DNA from: an uncultured Acidobacteriota bacterium
GTDB lineage: Bacteria; Acidobacteriota; UBA6911
Reading direction: 5' to 3'
NCBI GenBank assembly: GCA_963809485.1
Contig: CAWEJX010000020.1
Span: 608,001-672,000 of the forward strand
DNA: 64,000 bases
Position 1 is the stretch's first letter. Every line of letters starts with the position of its first letter. The notes beneath the pieces were generated by a model. The model searched no databases. It saw only the letters and a list, made by a program, of their open reading frames with translations, and was not told the origin of the DNA. Of this stretch, positions 8,583 through 21,380 are shown one piece after another. The position numbers were made by a program, and so were the translations under genes.

Positions 8583-11500
8583 ATGATCAAGAACAGATAC
8601 ACCCCGATTTTACTGATACTCGTTGCGCTGTTTCTGAGCCTCGGATTTGCGGCAAGCATGAAATGCGGCCCTTTTCTGGAAGGACGGGACCAGGGACCCG
8701 CCGCGGCCAAACCTGTGGACTGGAGCGGCAATTACACCGAGGGCTGGCAAAAATTCGAGGCGATGACCAAAGAGCAGAAATACGAAGCGGCTTCCGCCCT
8801 GGTGGAAAAGATGCTCACTGCAGCCCGAGCCGCGAAGAACAGCACCGAATGGACGCGCTGCCTGATTCGCTACACACAACTCCGCATGGCGCTGCACGGC
8901 TATGAAACGGCGGTACGCTTTTTGAAAGAACAGCCCTGGCCTGAGGACTGGGCCGGCGCTTCGGTTTTGAACCTGTTTTACGCCCAGTCTCTGGTCACTT
9001 ATGCCCGCAATTATTCCTGGGAGATCAACCAGCGCGAAAGGATGGATACAAAAGGCGTCGTGGACCTCAAGGCCTGGACGCGCGAACAGATTTACGAAGA
9101 GGCACAAAAGGCCTACGAATATGTCTGGAGCTTGCGCGGCCGCCTCGGCGCCCTGCCTGTCCAGCAATGGAAAGAATACATCACGCCCAACAGCTACCCG
9201 GCCGGCATCCGGCCTACGCTTCGGGATGCCATTTCCTATTTGCGGGTCGAAATGCTTGCCGACACGAACGGCTGGCGGCCCGAACAATTGAACGAGATCT
9301 ATCGTTTGAATCTGAAGGCCCTGGCCGGAAGCGCCCCTGAGGAGATTTCGCTCATCGATCCGGCCCGTCACCCGATTGAAAAGATCTGCTTGATCCTGAA
9401 CGACCTGGAACAATGGCACTTCGGCAGGAAAGAGCGGGAAGCCGCCCTGGAAGCGAGGCTCGAACGCTGCCGGCGCCTCCACGAGCATTTCAATGAGGCC
9501 GAAGACAGGCTATTTATCCGGAGTGATCTGGCGGAGAGGTTGAAAGCATTCACCGACGTGCCGTGGTGGTCCGAGGGAATGGCACAGCTGGCGGAATTTA
9601 TCCGGACCGGGGATGAGCCGGACGCTCTGGTGCGCGCCCGGCAGATAGCGCTCCGAGGCAAAGCGGCATTCCCGGAGTCCGTTGGAGGCAGGCACTGTCT
9701 TGCCATCGAGAAGACCATCGAGGCCCCCGACTATTCCATCAGCGGAATGCACAACGACAATCCGCTGAAAAAATCCATCCTGGTGACGCATAAAAACCTG
9801 GGGAAAGTCTATTTCAAAGCTTACCCCATCGACCTTCTGGAAACGATCGAGACCTCGAACGACTACAACCTCCTGCCCTCGGGCGGCGATCTCGAAAAGC
9901 TCATGGCCGGTGCCTCCCCGGTACAGCAATGGGAAGTGCCACTGCCGGCCACTACCGATTACGGGTTGCACAAGACCTATGTCATTCCCCCCATGACAAG
10001 GCCCGGAGCTTACCTGATCGTTGCCTCCGCCCGTCCGGGTTTTCCGAAATCCGAAAACAAACTGCAGGGACTCTATATGACGGTGGGCGACCTGGTTCTG
10101 GTTACCCGTCATGAGGGCACCGATGCTCAAGTCACGGTACTTTCCGGTTCCTCCGGCAATGCCGTGGCCGGAGCGGAGGTGATGCTGTATCGCTATGACT
10201 GGAACAAAAGCCATCAGCGGGTCCAGTCCATGAGGAGTGACCAACGCGGCATTGCTTCGTTCCATGTCGGGCAGGCGGGTTCCCCCTATTTTATTCTTGC
10301 CCGGAATGCCGATCAGGTTTCCTATGACCCTCAGCAGCTCTATTTTAATCAACAGAGCGCTCCGGGCGGACGAAGCGGAACGCTGCTTTTCACCGACCGC
10401 AGCATCTACCGGCCCCTGCAGAAGGTTTTATGGAAGGCCGTTTTTTACACCGGAAAGCCGGATGGGATTCACTTTGAAACCTTGCCTGCCGGAACATTCA
10501 CCGTTTCCCTGAAGGATCTCAATCACCAGGTTGTGGAATCCAAAACGGTGACGGCCAACAGCTACGGAACCGCCTCCGGGGAATTCAATATCCCTTCAGG
10601 CCGGGCGCTCGGGGAGTGGTACCTGGAAAGCTCCCGCAATGGCCAGACACGAATCCGCATCGAAGAGTACAAGCGGCCCACCTTCGAAACCAAAATGCTG
10701 GATCCGGAGGAACCGCTGCGTCTCAATCAGCCTGCCCGCTTGAAGGGTGAGGCCAAATATTATTTCGGCCTTCCCGTGACAAGCGGCCAGGTGAAATGGC
10801 TGGTGCGGCGCGAACCGGTATACCCCTGGTGGTGGAGCTACTGCTGGTGGGGGAATTATGGCCGCAGTTCTTCCGCGTCCCATGTGATCGCCAGCGGGAC
10901 TGCCGCTTTACGGGAAGATGGGACCTTCTCATTTTCCTTTTCACCGGAAATCGACGAGAGGCTGGGCCGGAACAAAGAGATTACCTACCGGTACTCTGTT
11001 TCCGCAGATGTGACGGATGAAGGGGGAGAAACACGTTCGGCCTCGCGATCTTTCCGGCTTGGGTTTGTTTCTGTTGAAGCTTCCGCCAGTCTGGGACGGT
11101 CCTTTTTCCTCCAGGATGATCCCATAAGTATTGGCATAATGCGCACCACCCTGGACGGCGTACCAAGAGCCGGCAAGGGAACCTGGCGGATTGCCGCCCT
11201 GAAAGGTCCATCGGAAGCACTTCTGCCCGCTGAACAGCCTCTGTTCATTCCCGAGGGCATAAAGGCAAAAAACGAGTACCAAATCCCGGGCGACCTGGAA
11301 CGGGAACGGTGGATTCATTCCTACAGCGCAGAGGCGGCACTTCTCCAATGGGAAGAAGGCTCGGTCCAGGCATCGGGCGCCGTTTCGCACGATTCAGGCG
11401 GAGAGACGAAAATCACGGTCCCTCATCTGCCTGCCGGCGCCCACCGCCTGATTTACGAGACAGTGGATGATTACGGTTCAAAATGCGAGATGCGCAAGAA

Positions 11501-14500
11501 TTTCGTTGTTGCCGCTCCCACTATGAAGCTGCCTCTGCCGGCGATGCTTTTGATTGAAAATGCCTCGGTCAACGTCGGGGGTACGGCCCGCATTCTGGCG
11601 CACACGGGAATCAGAAATCAGCATGTCGTCCTTGAGATCTACCGCGACGGGAAACGCATACAGCGCAGGGAGATGAGATCCGGGAAGGATCCCTCCATCA
11701 TCGAACTTGCCCTAGCGGAACAGGACCGCGGAGGGCTGGGCGTTACCATGACGCTTGTACGCGACAATCAGATGATGCAGCTCGAGAGCTCTTTGATGGT
11801 TCCCTGGGACGACAGGCAGCTCAAGGTTGAGTTCTCGACCTTCCGGGACCGCCTTCGTCCCGGTAAGCAGGAGAGCTGGAGCGTCAAGGTTACCGGGCCT
11901 GCGGGCAAAGATGTCGCAATCCCGGCAGCCGAACTGCTGGCCTATATGTACGACCGCAGCCTCGACGCCTTTGTCCCCCATTCCCCCGCCAATCCTCTGA
12001 GCCTGTTTCCCTACCGGGCGCGTTCGGTCCATGCCTATGCCAACCTTCGGGAGGCAGGCACTCTCTGGATTGACAGCCACGGGTTCAATCCAGTGGTTGC
12101 CGTACCGGCCCTTGCCGGAGATCAGCTGCAGTTTTACAGCGGCTACGGAATCGGCGGAGTGGGAAGGAGGATGAGAGGCCGGGGCGGGATTGTGGGAGGC
12201 AACGCGATGGAAATGGCTGCAGACATGGCCTACAAAGCGGCTCCCGCCCTGCAGGCAAGCACTGTTGCCGAGTCCGGGGAAAGAGAAAAAAAAGACGAGC
12301 AAGCGGAAGCAAGAACCAGCCCGCCCATCGAGCTGCGCAGCGACTTCAGCGAAACCGCTTTCTGGCATCCGCACCTTCTCACCAATGCGGATGGATCGGT
12401 GACCTTCGAATTCAAAGTCCCCGATTCGGTCACTTCCTGGAACGTCTGGGTTCACGCCGTCACACGCGACCTGAAATCGGGTTCCGTGACCCGGGAAGCC
12501 CGCAGTGTCAAAGAGCTGATGGTGCGTCCTTACCTGCCCCGCTTCCTGCGCGAAGGCGACCAGGCGGAAATCAAGGTGGTTGTGAACAATGCCTCCGAAA
12601 GGGAGCTGAAGGGAGAGCTAAAATTCGACATTATCGATGTGGCAACCGGGCAGAGCCTGCTTACTCAATTCGGTGTTTCTGAATCCTCAGCGGGCAACAG
12701 GCTTTTCACCGTTCCCGCAGGCGGGGGCACAAATCTCGTATTTCCCGTCACCACTCCATCCAAAGTGAGGCAGATTGCTTTCAAGGTCACGGCCACCTCC
12801 GGCGATTTTTCCGATGGTGAACTGCGCCCCGTGCCGATCCTTCCCGGGCGGATGCACCTCATGCAGTCCCGTTTCGTTACCCTGAAAGAACAGTCCAGGC
12901 GGGTGATGCGCTTTGATGACCTGGCGCGCAACGACGATCCGACGCGAATCAACGAGCAGATGGTGGTGACGCTGGATGCTCAGCTTTTCTATTCTGTGCT
13001 TTCGGCCCTTCCCTACCTGGTAAATTATCCATACGAATGCACCGAGCAGACGCTCAACCGCTTCGTCTCAACCGGCATCCTGTCGTCCCTGTACCGGCAA
13101 TACCCGGCTATCGATCGCATGGCGAAGGAATTCTCTTCCCGGCAGACCCGATTCGAGCAATGGGACGCCTCGGATCCCAACCGCAAGATGGCATTGGAGG
13201 AAACTCCCTGGCTGGAAATGGCACAGGGGGGCGCGGAAAAATCCTCCGACCTTATCAACGTGCTGGATTCCCGCGTCGCCAAAGCTCAGCGGGAAGCGGC
13301 GCTGGCTGCGCTGCGCAAAGCACAGACATCCAGCGGCGGATTTCCATGGTTCCCGGGCGGACCGCCTTCGCCTTACATGACGCTCTATATCCTTTATGGA
13401 TTCTCCAAGGCGCTCGAATTCGGCGTGGAGGTTCCGCGCGACACGGTGAAACCGGCCTGGGAGTATATGCACCGGCATTACCTGGACGAAATCGTCAAAG
13501 ACATGGTTTCCCGCGATTGCTGCTGGGAATTTGTCACGTTCATCAACTACGTTCTTTCCAACTATCCCGAAAGCTCCTGGTACGAGAGATTCTTTTACAC
13601 CGGCAGAGCGGAAAACCATGCTCGATTTCAGCTTCAAGCACTGGCGGTCTCACAGCCCCTATCTGAAAGGCTATCTGGCTCTCACCCTGAAACGCATGGA
13701 CCGTCCCCGGGACGCCATGCTGGTGTGGGAAAGCGTGATGGATTCCGCGAAAACCGCCGAAGATCAGGGGACCTTCTGGGCGCCGGAAGACCGCGCCTGG
13801 CTCTGGTACAACGACACCATCGAAACCCACGCTTTCGCAATCCGGACCGAGATGGAGCTGATCCCCCAGGACCCGAAACTGGACGGCCTGGTGCTCTGGA
13901 TTTTCCTGAACAAGAAGATGAACCACTGGAAATCCACCCGGGCTACCGCCGAGGTCATCTATTCTCTGGCACACTACCTGAAACAGTCCGGCCAGCTGGG
14001 ATTGCGTGAGGATGCAACCGTAACGGTGGGGGGTCAAAAAAGCTCGTTTGTATTCGAACCCGATCAATTCACGGGAAAGAAAAACCAGCTGGTCATCCCC
14101 GGAGAGAAGATCGATCCCTTAACGGCCTCGACTATTACGGTCGAGAAAACGGGCAAGACGCACCTGTTCGCATCGGCCACATGGCATTTTTCCACAGAAC
14201 AGCTCCCGGAGCAGGAGCAGGGGGATTACCTGCGGTTGTCCCGCAGATATTTCAAGAGATTAAACACCGGCAGGGAATTTGTTCTGCAGCCGCTGCAGGA
14301 AGGGGCGACCCTGGCTCCAGGCGACGAGGTGGAAGTCCAGCTGTCGCTGACAAGCAAACACCCGATGGAGTACGTTCACCTGCGCGACCCGCGCGCAGCG
14401 GGTTTCGAGCCCTCCTCGAACCTCTCGAAGCATAAATGGGACCTCGGCATCAGCTGGTATGAGGAAATCAGAGACTCCGGGACGAATTTCTTCTTCGAGA

Positions 14501-14649
14501 ATCTGCCGCAGGGCGAATACACTTTCAAGTACCGTATACGCGCGGCGACGGGGGGAACTTTCAAGGTGGCGCCCGCGACCGTGCAGCCCATGTACGCGCC
14601 TGAATTCGCCGCCTACAGCGCCGGAGCCGCGCTGAAGATAGCGAACTGA
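8583..14649 (+). CDS. Bacterial alpha-2-macroglobulin family protein; one apparent +1 frameshift near 13585
   Basis: Signal peptide, MG2 motif FTDRSIYRP, EEYKRPTF, LRSDFSETAFW and thioester motif YECTEQ. The protein continues in ORF 13531..14649 (DSFTPAERK...HWKSTRATA...MYAPEF). Confidence 0.9.
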
Positions 14650-15030
14650 ACTTGGGGCCGGAGCCGTCGAGTGTTTGGGTATGTGAGCCCGTCGTCATCC
14701 CTCGACGGTTCCGGCAGGCAGAAAAGCCTTTCAAGCAATCCGCACATCAAAATGCTTGAACAAAACCTTCGGTCATGAAATACTCGGCCGGTCTATGAAT
14801 ACGCTGCCAACATTTCTCTTCTCAGGATTCACCTGACGCTAGCCTCCAAGCGTCGGGCCGCCGTTTTTTATTAATCCCACATATCACCCAGGTCCTTCGG
14901 TTCGTCTCGAGAGCCGCTCTTTCACTTATCGACTCTTGTTCCAGACATCCCGGATCTGAATCGCAATGAACGGACATCCGGCCATGAAGCCAGGCAGCTT
15001 AGCTCATGTGTCCGGAGGGAGGGAATTCCA

Positions 15031-18000
15031 ATGAGTATGAGAGAGATTTCACGTAAAAGCGCACATTTATTTTGTCTTTATGCCGTATGCGCCCTTCTGG
15101 CAGCCCAGGCATATGCCCAGGTCACTTCCCTGTCAGGATCGGTAACGGATCCCAAAGGAGCCATAGTACCAGGGGTGACTCTTTCGCTGACCAGCGCCTC
15201 GGGCGCTGAACGTACGACCGTCACCAATGAAACCGGGGCCTATCGGTTTCTCCAACTGGCCCCCGGCCCCTATGCACTGAAAACGGAGCTGAAGGGATTC
15301 AAAACATTAAAGCAGAATGTCGACCTGCTCGTCGACACACCGGCTACTCTGGACCTTCACCTGGAGGTTGGCGAGATCAGCGAAACAGTAACCGTCGAGG
15401 CGGACGCCTCGATTCTGAATGTCCAGGATGCCGCGTTGGGCAATGCGTTTGAAGGCATGCGAATACGGCAGCTGCCGCTGCAGGACAGAAATGTCACGAA
15501 CCTTTTGACCCTTCAGGCCGGCGTCACACCCGAAGGATATGTGAGCGGCGCCCGCAGCGATCAGAACAATCTCACCCTGGACGGCATCGACATCAACGAT
15601 CAGCAGGGCGGAGACTGGACTAACTCCGTGCTGCGCGTGACACCCGATTCTGTCCAGGAATTCAAAATGACCACCAACATCGCGAATGCCGCGCAGGGAC
15701 GATCCGCCGGTGGACAGATATCCCTGATCACCCGGACGGGAACCAACGATTTCCACGGCTCGCTCTACTACTCCAACCGCAGCACAAGTACTACGGCCAA
15801 CGACTTCTTCAACAATCGGGCGGGATTGCCGCGTCCTGAGTTGAGGCGGGACCTGTTTGGCGGCTCCCTGGGAGGGCCGATCCTCAAGGACCGCGTTTTC
15901 TTCTTTTACAATTATGAAGGACGGAGGGACGACAAAGAAACCGTGGTCGGCCCGCAGGTTGTTCCGCTCGCGAGCCTTGGACAAGGCACCATTAAATACA
16001 CCAATACAGCGGGCGGCATCACCACTTTGACGGCGGAGGATCTTATCGATATTTACCCGGTCGGCCTCAATCCGGCAACCCTCGAGATGCTGGCCGATGC
16101 TGCACGAAAATATCCCGCCAACGACACGGGCGTCGGTGACGGGCTTAACATCAGCGGCTATCGTTTCAACGCGGCCACTCCGCTGCACTACAACGCGCAC
16201 ACAGCCACCATGAATTTCAACCTGACAAGAGATGCCCGCCACACTCTGCTGGTTCGGGGCAATTATCAGCACGATTTGACCGTTGGCGCCCCGCAATTCC
16301 CCGACACGCCGGGCAGCAACCTTTGGAGCCATCCCATAGCTATCGCAGCCCAGCACACCTGGACGGCAACCCCACGGCTGGTAAACACGCTTCGTGTCGG
16401 ATTGACACGCGAAGCCTATTCACAGCAAGGCGATTCGTCGGACAACCAGATCGGGTTCCGGTTCGTATATTGGCCCAAGGCTTACACGCGTACGCTGGAC
16501 AAAACCGTTCCCGTGTGGAATTTTGTAGACGATGTAGCCTGGGTGAAGGGAAATCACACTTTTGCGTTCGGCGGCAACGTCCGCATTGTGCGCAACCAAC
16601 GATCGTCGCTTGCGAGTTCGTTCGACGAAGCAAATACCAATCCGACCTGGTATGACGAATCCGGCGCCGTATTGACCGCCCCTTTCACCGATATTGCCGG
16701 GAGCGAATCCGACCTTCAGGGCGCCATCGCCGCGATCATAGGACGATATTCCTATTACAGCGGCAAATTCAACTTTGGTCCGAGTGGCAACCTCCTGCCC
16801 GCCGGCGCCGCGGTCGACAGGAATTTTGCCACCGAAGAATACGAGATGTACGCCCAGGACATATGGCGCGTGCGGCCGGACCTCACGCTCACGCTGGGAT
16901 TGCGTTACAGCCTGGACCGGCCTGTTTACGAAAGCAGCGGGCTGGAAGTGAAGCCTGCGCCGGGCCTCTCGGAGATTTTCGAAAATCGCTTTGCCTCAGC
17001 CGCCAACGGCGTTCCCTACAATGAACTCGTGACCCTTAATAAATCCGGGCCAGCGAACGGCGAACCCGGCATGTATGCGTGGGACAAGAACAATTTCGCC
17101 CCGCGCATGGGCTTTGCCTGGCAGCCAAGCTTCGACAATGGCGTTTTAAAAACAATCTTTGGCACCGGACAGAAATCGGTCATTCGGGGAGGCTTCAGCA
17201 TGGCCTATGATCATATCGGCAGCGCCCTGGCCGTCACCTTCGATCTGAACAACATGCTCGGCTTCTCATCTTCCCAGGAAATCACCGCCAATACTTACAA
17301 TGTCACCGATCGCCCCGGTCCTCTTTTCACCGGCTATAACCAGGATATCCGTGCTCTGCCCGGAATCGTCATCCCGTCCAGTCTGGAATTTCCATTGTCC
17401 CAACCGGCGGACGGCGAGGCTCGAATAGAGTGGTCGCTGGACGATTCCCTGAAATCGCCGGTAAATTACATGCTGAATTTTTCCATTGCGCGCGAGTTCT
17501 CCCGCGGTCTGACGGTGGAAGCCTCCTATGTAGGCCGCATGGCGCGGAACCTTATGGCTCAGCGGGATGCCATGATGCCGAACAACCTTGTGGATAAAAA
17601 ATCCGGTATGGACTGGTATACAGCTGCGGGCCTTCTTTACGACTTGCGCTGGAATAACGTGCCCATAGATCAGGTGCAGCCGATTGCCTACTTTGAAAAC
17701 CTGTTCCCGGATTATCGGAGGTGGGATTTGCCGACGGCGACTCAAAGCGTTTACAGCAGGGTATCGAGGGACGGATCCGATGTTCCAGACTGGACTTACA
17801 TTCAGCTGAAGCTCAACGATTCGGGGATTTATCCGGCGATGTTCTATCAGCCCCAATATGGAGCTCTTGCTGTGTGGAGCACCGTCGCGTATTCGGACTA
17901 TCATGCAGGAACCATCAGCGTGCGCGAGCGATTCAGGAACAGCCTCAATCTGGATTTCAACTATACCTTCGGCAAATCCATCGACAACGCCTCCGGGCTC

Positions 18001-18678
18001 CAGCGGGAAAGCGACTGGTCGGACAACATGATCGTCAACGCCATGCGGCCGGACGACAACAAGGCCCTTTCAAACTTTGACATGACACATATCATCAATG
18101 CCAATGCGCTCTGGAATCTTCCCATAGGGCAGGGGCGGCAATACTTCGGTTCCATGAGCCGTGCCGCGGATCTCTTCCTGGGAGGCTGGCAGTTGAGCGG
18201 CATTTTCCGCTGGAACTCGGGCATGCCCGAGGTTACGCCCTACGACGCTCAAACCTGGGCAACGGACTGGAAGAAGCCGAGCAACGGAGTCCGTATCCGG
18301 CCCATCGAGGCTTCCATCACGAAAGGCGGGGATTATCCGAACCTGTTCGAAGATCCGACCTACGCCTACCAGAGCTTCCGCAATGCCAGAGCCGGCGAAA
18401 TCGGAGATCGGAATGTTCTCCGCAGGCAAGGGTATGTGGCTCTGGATATGGGCCTGAGCAAGTCATTTGTGATAAGCGAGGGCCATCGGGTGCAGTTCCG
18501 CTGGGAGGTTTTCAACGCCACCAACACCCAGAGGCTTGGCGCCGCCAACGCGGACCACGCCGGTTTGGGGCTGAACGTTGATCCGCACATTACTACACCC
18601 AGTTCGAGCTTCGGGACAATTTCGCAGATTCAGGGAACTCCCAGGATCATGCAGTTCGGATTCAGGTATGATTTCTAG
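15031..18678 (+). CDS. TonB-dependent receptor, Acidobacteria/Oar type, with carboxypeptidase regulatory-like N-domain
   Basis: Signal peptide, GSVTDPKGAIVPG, LDGIDIND, SGTNDFHGS-like plug motif, DKNNFAPRMGFAW and C-terminal PRIMQFGFRYDF. GGAGG RBS. Confidence 0.93.
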   Translation: MSMREISRKSAHLFCLYAVCALLAAQAYAQVTSLSGSVTDPKGAIVPGVTLSLTSASGAERTTVTNETGAYRFLQLAPGPYALKTELKGFKTLKQNVDLLVDTPATLDLHLEVGEISETVTVEADASILNVQDAALGNAFEGMRIRQLPLQDRNVTNLLTLQAGVTPEGYVSGARSDQNNLTLDGIDINDQQGGDWTNSVLRVTPDSVQEFKMTTNIANAAQGRSAGGQISLITRTGTNDFHGSLYYSNRSTSTTANDFFNNRAGLPRPELRRDLFGGSLGGPILKDRVFFFYNYEGRRDDKETVVGPQVVPLASLGQGTIKYTNTAGGITTLTAEDLIDIYPVGLNPATLEMLADAARKYPANDTGVGDGLNISGYRFNAATPLHYNAHTATMNFNLTRDARHTLLVRGNYQHDLTVGAPQFPDTPGSNLWSHPIAIAAQHTWTATPRLVNTLRVGLTREAYSQQGDSSDNQIGFRFVYWPKAYTRTLDKTVPVWNFVDDVAWVKGNHTFAFGGNVRIVRNQRSSLASSFDEANTNPTWYDESGAVLTAPFTDIAGSESDLQGAIAAIIGRYSYYSGKFNFGPSGNLLPAGAAVDRNFATEEYEMYAQDIWRVRPDLTLTLGLRYSLDRPVYESSGLEVKPAPGLSEIFENRFASAANGVPYNELVTLNKSGPANGEPGMYAWDKNNFAPRMGFAWQPSFDNGVLKTIFGTGQKSVIRGGFSMAYDHIGSALAVTFDLNNMLGFSSSQEITANTYNVTDRPGPLFTGYNQDIRALPGIVIPSSLEFPLSQPADGEARIEWSLDDSLKSPVNYMLNFSIAREFSRGLTVEASYVGRMARNLMAQRDAMMPNNLVDKKSGMDWYTAAGLLYDLRWNNVPIDQVQPIAYFENLFPDYRRWDLPTATQSVYSRVSRDGSDVPDWTYIQLKLNDSGIYPAMFYQPQYGALAVWSTVAYSDYHAGTISVRERFRNSLNLDFNYTFGKSIDNASGLQRESDWSDNMIVNAMRPDDNKALSNFDMTHIINANALWNLPIGQGRQYFGSMSRAADLFLGGWQLSGIFRWNSGMPEVTPYDAQTWATDWKKPSNGVRIRPIEASITKGGDYPNLFEDPTYAYQSFRNARAGEIGDRNVLRRQGYVALDMGLSKSFVISEGHRVQFRWEVFNATNTQRLGAANADHAGLGLNVDPHITTPSSSFGTISQIQGTPRIMQFGFRYDF

Positions 18679-18695
18679 GCTGCGGAAGCGAGTTC

Positions 18696-18754
18696 GAGTG
18701 CGGCAGTTCGCATCCCTCGCGGTAAAGAGGCGAGCGGGCCGCCGCACTTTCAAA
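18696..18754. repeat. REP-like imperfect inverted repeat or terminator after the TonB receptor gene
   Basis: GAGTGCGGCAGTTCGC...GCGAGCGGGCCGCCGCACTT pairs into a long hairpin just after the stop codon. Confidence 0.45.
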
Positions 18755-18817
18755 ATGCTCAGTCATCGAGTGCAAAATTGGATGACAAAACCCTCATCAT
18801 AAGGAGTCAAAAACAGG

Positions 18818-19925
18818 ATGCCGGTATTCGGACGCTTTTTCGCTTCCCGAAAGGGAATTATTCTCACGGGAGCCATTATAGGAGTCCTGGCTCCGGTTCT
18901 TGTCCGGCTGGGGAATCCCGGCAATATGGGTATCTGCGTAGCCTGCTTTAGCAGAGATATCGCCGGCGCGCTGGGATTGCACCGTGCCGCGGTGGTCCAA
19001 TACATACGTCCGGAGATCATCGGATTTGTGCTGGGCTCTTTTATAGCGGCACTGTTGTTCCGCGAGTTCAAACCACGAACAGGCTCGGCGCCGCTGGTAC
19101 GTTTTTTGCTGGGCATGCTGTCCATGATCGGAGCCCTGGTTTTCCTGGGCTGCCCCTGGCGCGCCTATCTGCGGCTGAGCGGGGGCGACTGGAATGCAAT
19201 ATGGGGCATTGCCGGACTTGCAGCGGGAATTTCGGCCGGCATCCTTTTCCTTAAAGCGGGTTACAGCCTCCGCCGGAGTTATCCGGCGCCCAAGGCTCTC
19301 GGCTGGATCATGCCTGTCTCTGATGATCGCGCTGCTGCTTTTGCTGATTTTCGCGCCGAAGTTCGGCCGCGACGCGGACGGCATTGCTTCCGGTCCTCTT
19401 TTCCACTCGGTCAAAGGACCGGGCAGCCAGTCCGCGCCCATCTGGATATCCCTGGGAGCCGGCCTGCTGATCGGTTTTCTGGCGCAGCGCAGCCGGTTCT
19501 GCACCGTTGGCGCGATCCGCGATATGGTCATGATGCGGGACCTGCATCTCTTCAGCGGCGTTCTGGCTCTCTTGGCATCGTCTTTCGTTATCAACATCCT
19601 GCTGGGACAATTCCGGCCGGGCTTTGCGGGACAGCCCGTGTCTCACACGGAAGCGCTGTGGAATTTCGGGGGGATGGCGTTGGCAGGCCTGGCTTTTACT
19701 CTCGCGGGGGGATGCCCTGGCCGGCAACTGTTCCTAAGCGGTGAAGGAGACGGCGATGCCGCAATCTTTACGCTGGGGATGGTCGCCGGAGCGGGATTCG
19801 CGCATAATTTCAGCTTCGCCAGTTCGGCGTCCGGAACAGGCGCATTCGGCCCGGCAGCCGTCATTGCTGGACTGATCGTGTGCATCCTGATCGGATGGAC
19901 CATGCGCGATCCCAAAACAGTGTGA
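18818..19925 (+). CDS. yedE: YedE family putative selenium/sulfur transporter; +1 frameshift near 19319
   Basis: GNPGNMGICVACFSRDIAGALGLH, FLGCPWR, QRSRFCTVG and GGCPGRQL are split over ORFs 18818..19744 and 19194..19925. Removing one base in GTCTCTGATG joins them. Confidence 0.88.
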
Positions 19926-19973
19926 CGAAGAAGGAGCGTTTCCGGGAGCGAATACCGGAACGGGAGAGCAACC

Positions 19974-20195
19974 ATGAATGAAAACAGGATTGTGGACGCC
20001 CGCGGGCTTTCCTGCCCGCAACCAGCCTTGCTTACTCAAAAGGCCCTTGAGTCATTGAAAGGTAGCGCAGTCCAGGTTTTGGTGGATTCCTGCACTGCGC
20101 GTGATAACGTAGTGAGGATTGCACGGAAGGCAGGCTGGCAGGCGGACATTCAGGATCGGCCGGATGGCGGCTTCCAGCTCATGTTAACAAAATGA
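19974..20195 (+). CDS. SirA/TusA family sulfur/selenium carrier protein (YedF-like)
   Basis: VDARGLSCPQP motif, 73 aa, GGAGAG RBS. Confidence 0.9.
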   Translation: MNENRIVDARGLSCPQPALLTQKALESLKGSAVQVLVDSCTARDNVVRIARKAGWQADIQDRPDGGFQLMLTK

Positions 20196-21346
20196 TATAC
20201 CTCGATCACGCAGCCACTTCATGGCCCAAGCCCGCGGAAGTAATGCGCACCATGTCCGGTTTCCTCGAGAAGGCAGGAGGCAATCCCGGACGGTCGGGAC
20301 ACAGCCTGTCAATTGACGCCGGCCGTATTGTCTACAACGTTCGTGAAGAAATCGCGGAGCTGTTCCATGCACCCGATCCCATGAAGGTCATATTTACGCT
20401 GAACGGCACGCATGCCATCAACCTGGCTTTGTCCGGATTGCTGCGGGCCGGCGACCATGTCGTCACGAGCGGGATCGAGCACAATGCCGTCATGCGCCCC
20501 TTGCGCGCACTCGAGAAAAAGGGCGTTCTGGCCGCGATTGTTCCCTGCGCCCCGGATGGCTCGCTGGACCCGTCCGCTATTGAGCGCGCCATCAGGCCGG
20601 AGACAAAGCTCGTAGTCATCAATCACGCCAGTAACGTAACGGGAACACTGCTGCCGGTGGCGGAAATAGCCAAATCGGTTCGCCGCGCCGGTTCGTTGCT
20701 GCTTGTGGATGCCGCACAGACAGCGGGCGCTTTGCCGATAGACATTCAGGCGGAAGGCATCGATCTGCTGGCTTTCACCGGGCACAAGGGACTGCTGGGC
20801 CCACCCGGCATCGGCGGGCTCGTGATGGGCGACCGGCTGAATACGGAAGAAATGGAACCGCTGGTGCGCGGCGGCACAGGGAGTCGTTCTGAATCCGACA
20901 TCCAGCCGGAGGACCTGCCGGATAAATTTGAAAGCGGAACGCTGAATGGCGTGGGGATTGCCGGGCTGGGCGCGGGAATCCGCGTCGTCAGGCAACAGGG
21001 TATTGAGGAAATCCGCGCCCGGGAGATCGATCTGACTCGCGTTCTGGTGGAAGGCCTGGAGGAAATCCCGGGCATTACCGTTTATGGCCCTGCCGATCCC
21101 CGCTGCCGCACGGCAGTGGTTTCATTCACGGCGGCCGGAAGACGGGTCTCTGACATCGGGTTGCAGCTGGACGAGGAGTTCGGGATCCTTTGCCGCGTGG
21201 GATTGCACTGCGCTCCCGCCGCCCACCGCACAATTGGAACCTTCCCGGAAGGCACTGTGCGCCTGGCTCCCGGCTTTTCCACGACAGAACAAGATATTCA
21301 TGCAGTGCTCCAGGCGCTGAAACGCATTATGGGGAAAAGCCTGTGA
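20192..21346 (+). CDS. Class V aminotransferase, cysteine desulfurase/selenocysteine lyase-like
   Basis: YLDHAATS, EHNAV, HASNVTG, DAAQ, FTGHKGLLGP and RVGLHCAP. Overlaps the upstream stop (ATGA). Confidence 0.93.
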   Translation: MIYLDHAATSWPKPAEVMRTMSGFLEKAGGNPGRSGHSLSIDAGRIVYNVREEIAELFHAPDPMKVIFTLNGTHAINLALSGLLRAGDHVVTSGIEHNAVMRPLRALEKKGVLAAIVPCAPDGSLDPSAIERAIRPETKLVVINHASNVTGTLLPVAEIAKSVRRAGSLLLVDAAQTAGALPIDIQAEGIDLLAFTGHKGLLGPPGIGGLVMGDRLNTEEMEPLVRGGTGSRSESDIQPEDLPDKFESGTLNGVGIAGLGAGIRVVRQQGIEEIRAREIDLTRVLVEGLEEIPGITVYGPADPRCRTAVVSFTAAGRRVSDIGLQLDEEFGILCRVGLHCAPAAHRTIGTFPEGTVRLAPGFSTTEQDIHAVLQALKRIMGKSL

Positions 21347-21380
21347 AGTGGAACTCCCGAATCCGGCGCGAGGCTGCAGC

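Noticed and set aside
14650-15030. Possible riboswitch in the 380-bp leader of the TonB receptor gene
   Set aside because: Some hairpins are present, but I recognise no cobalamin, TPP or other aptamer consensus. An Rfam scan would settle it.
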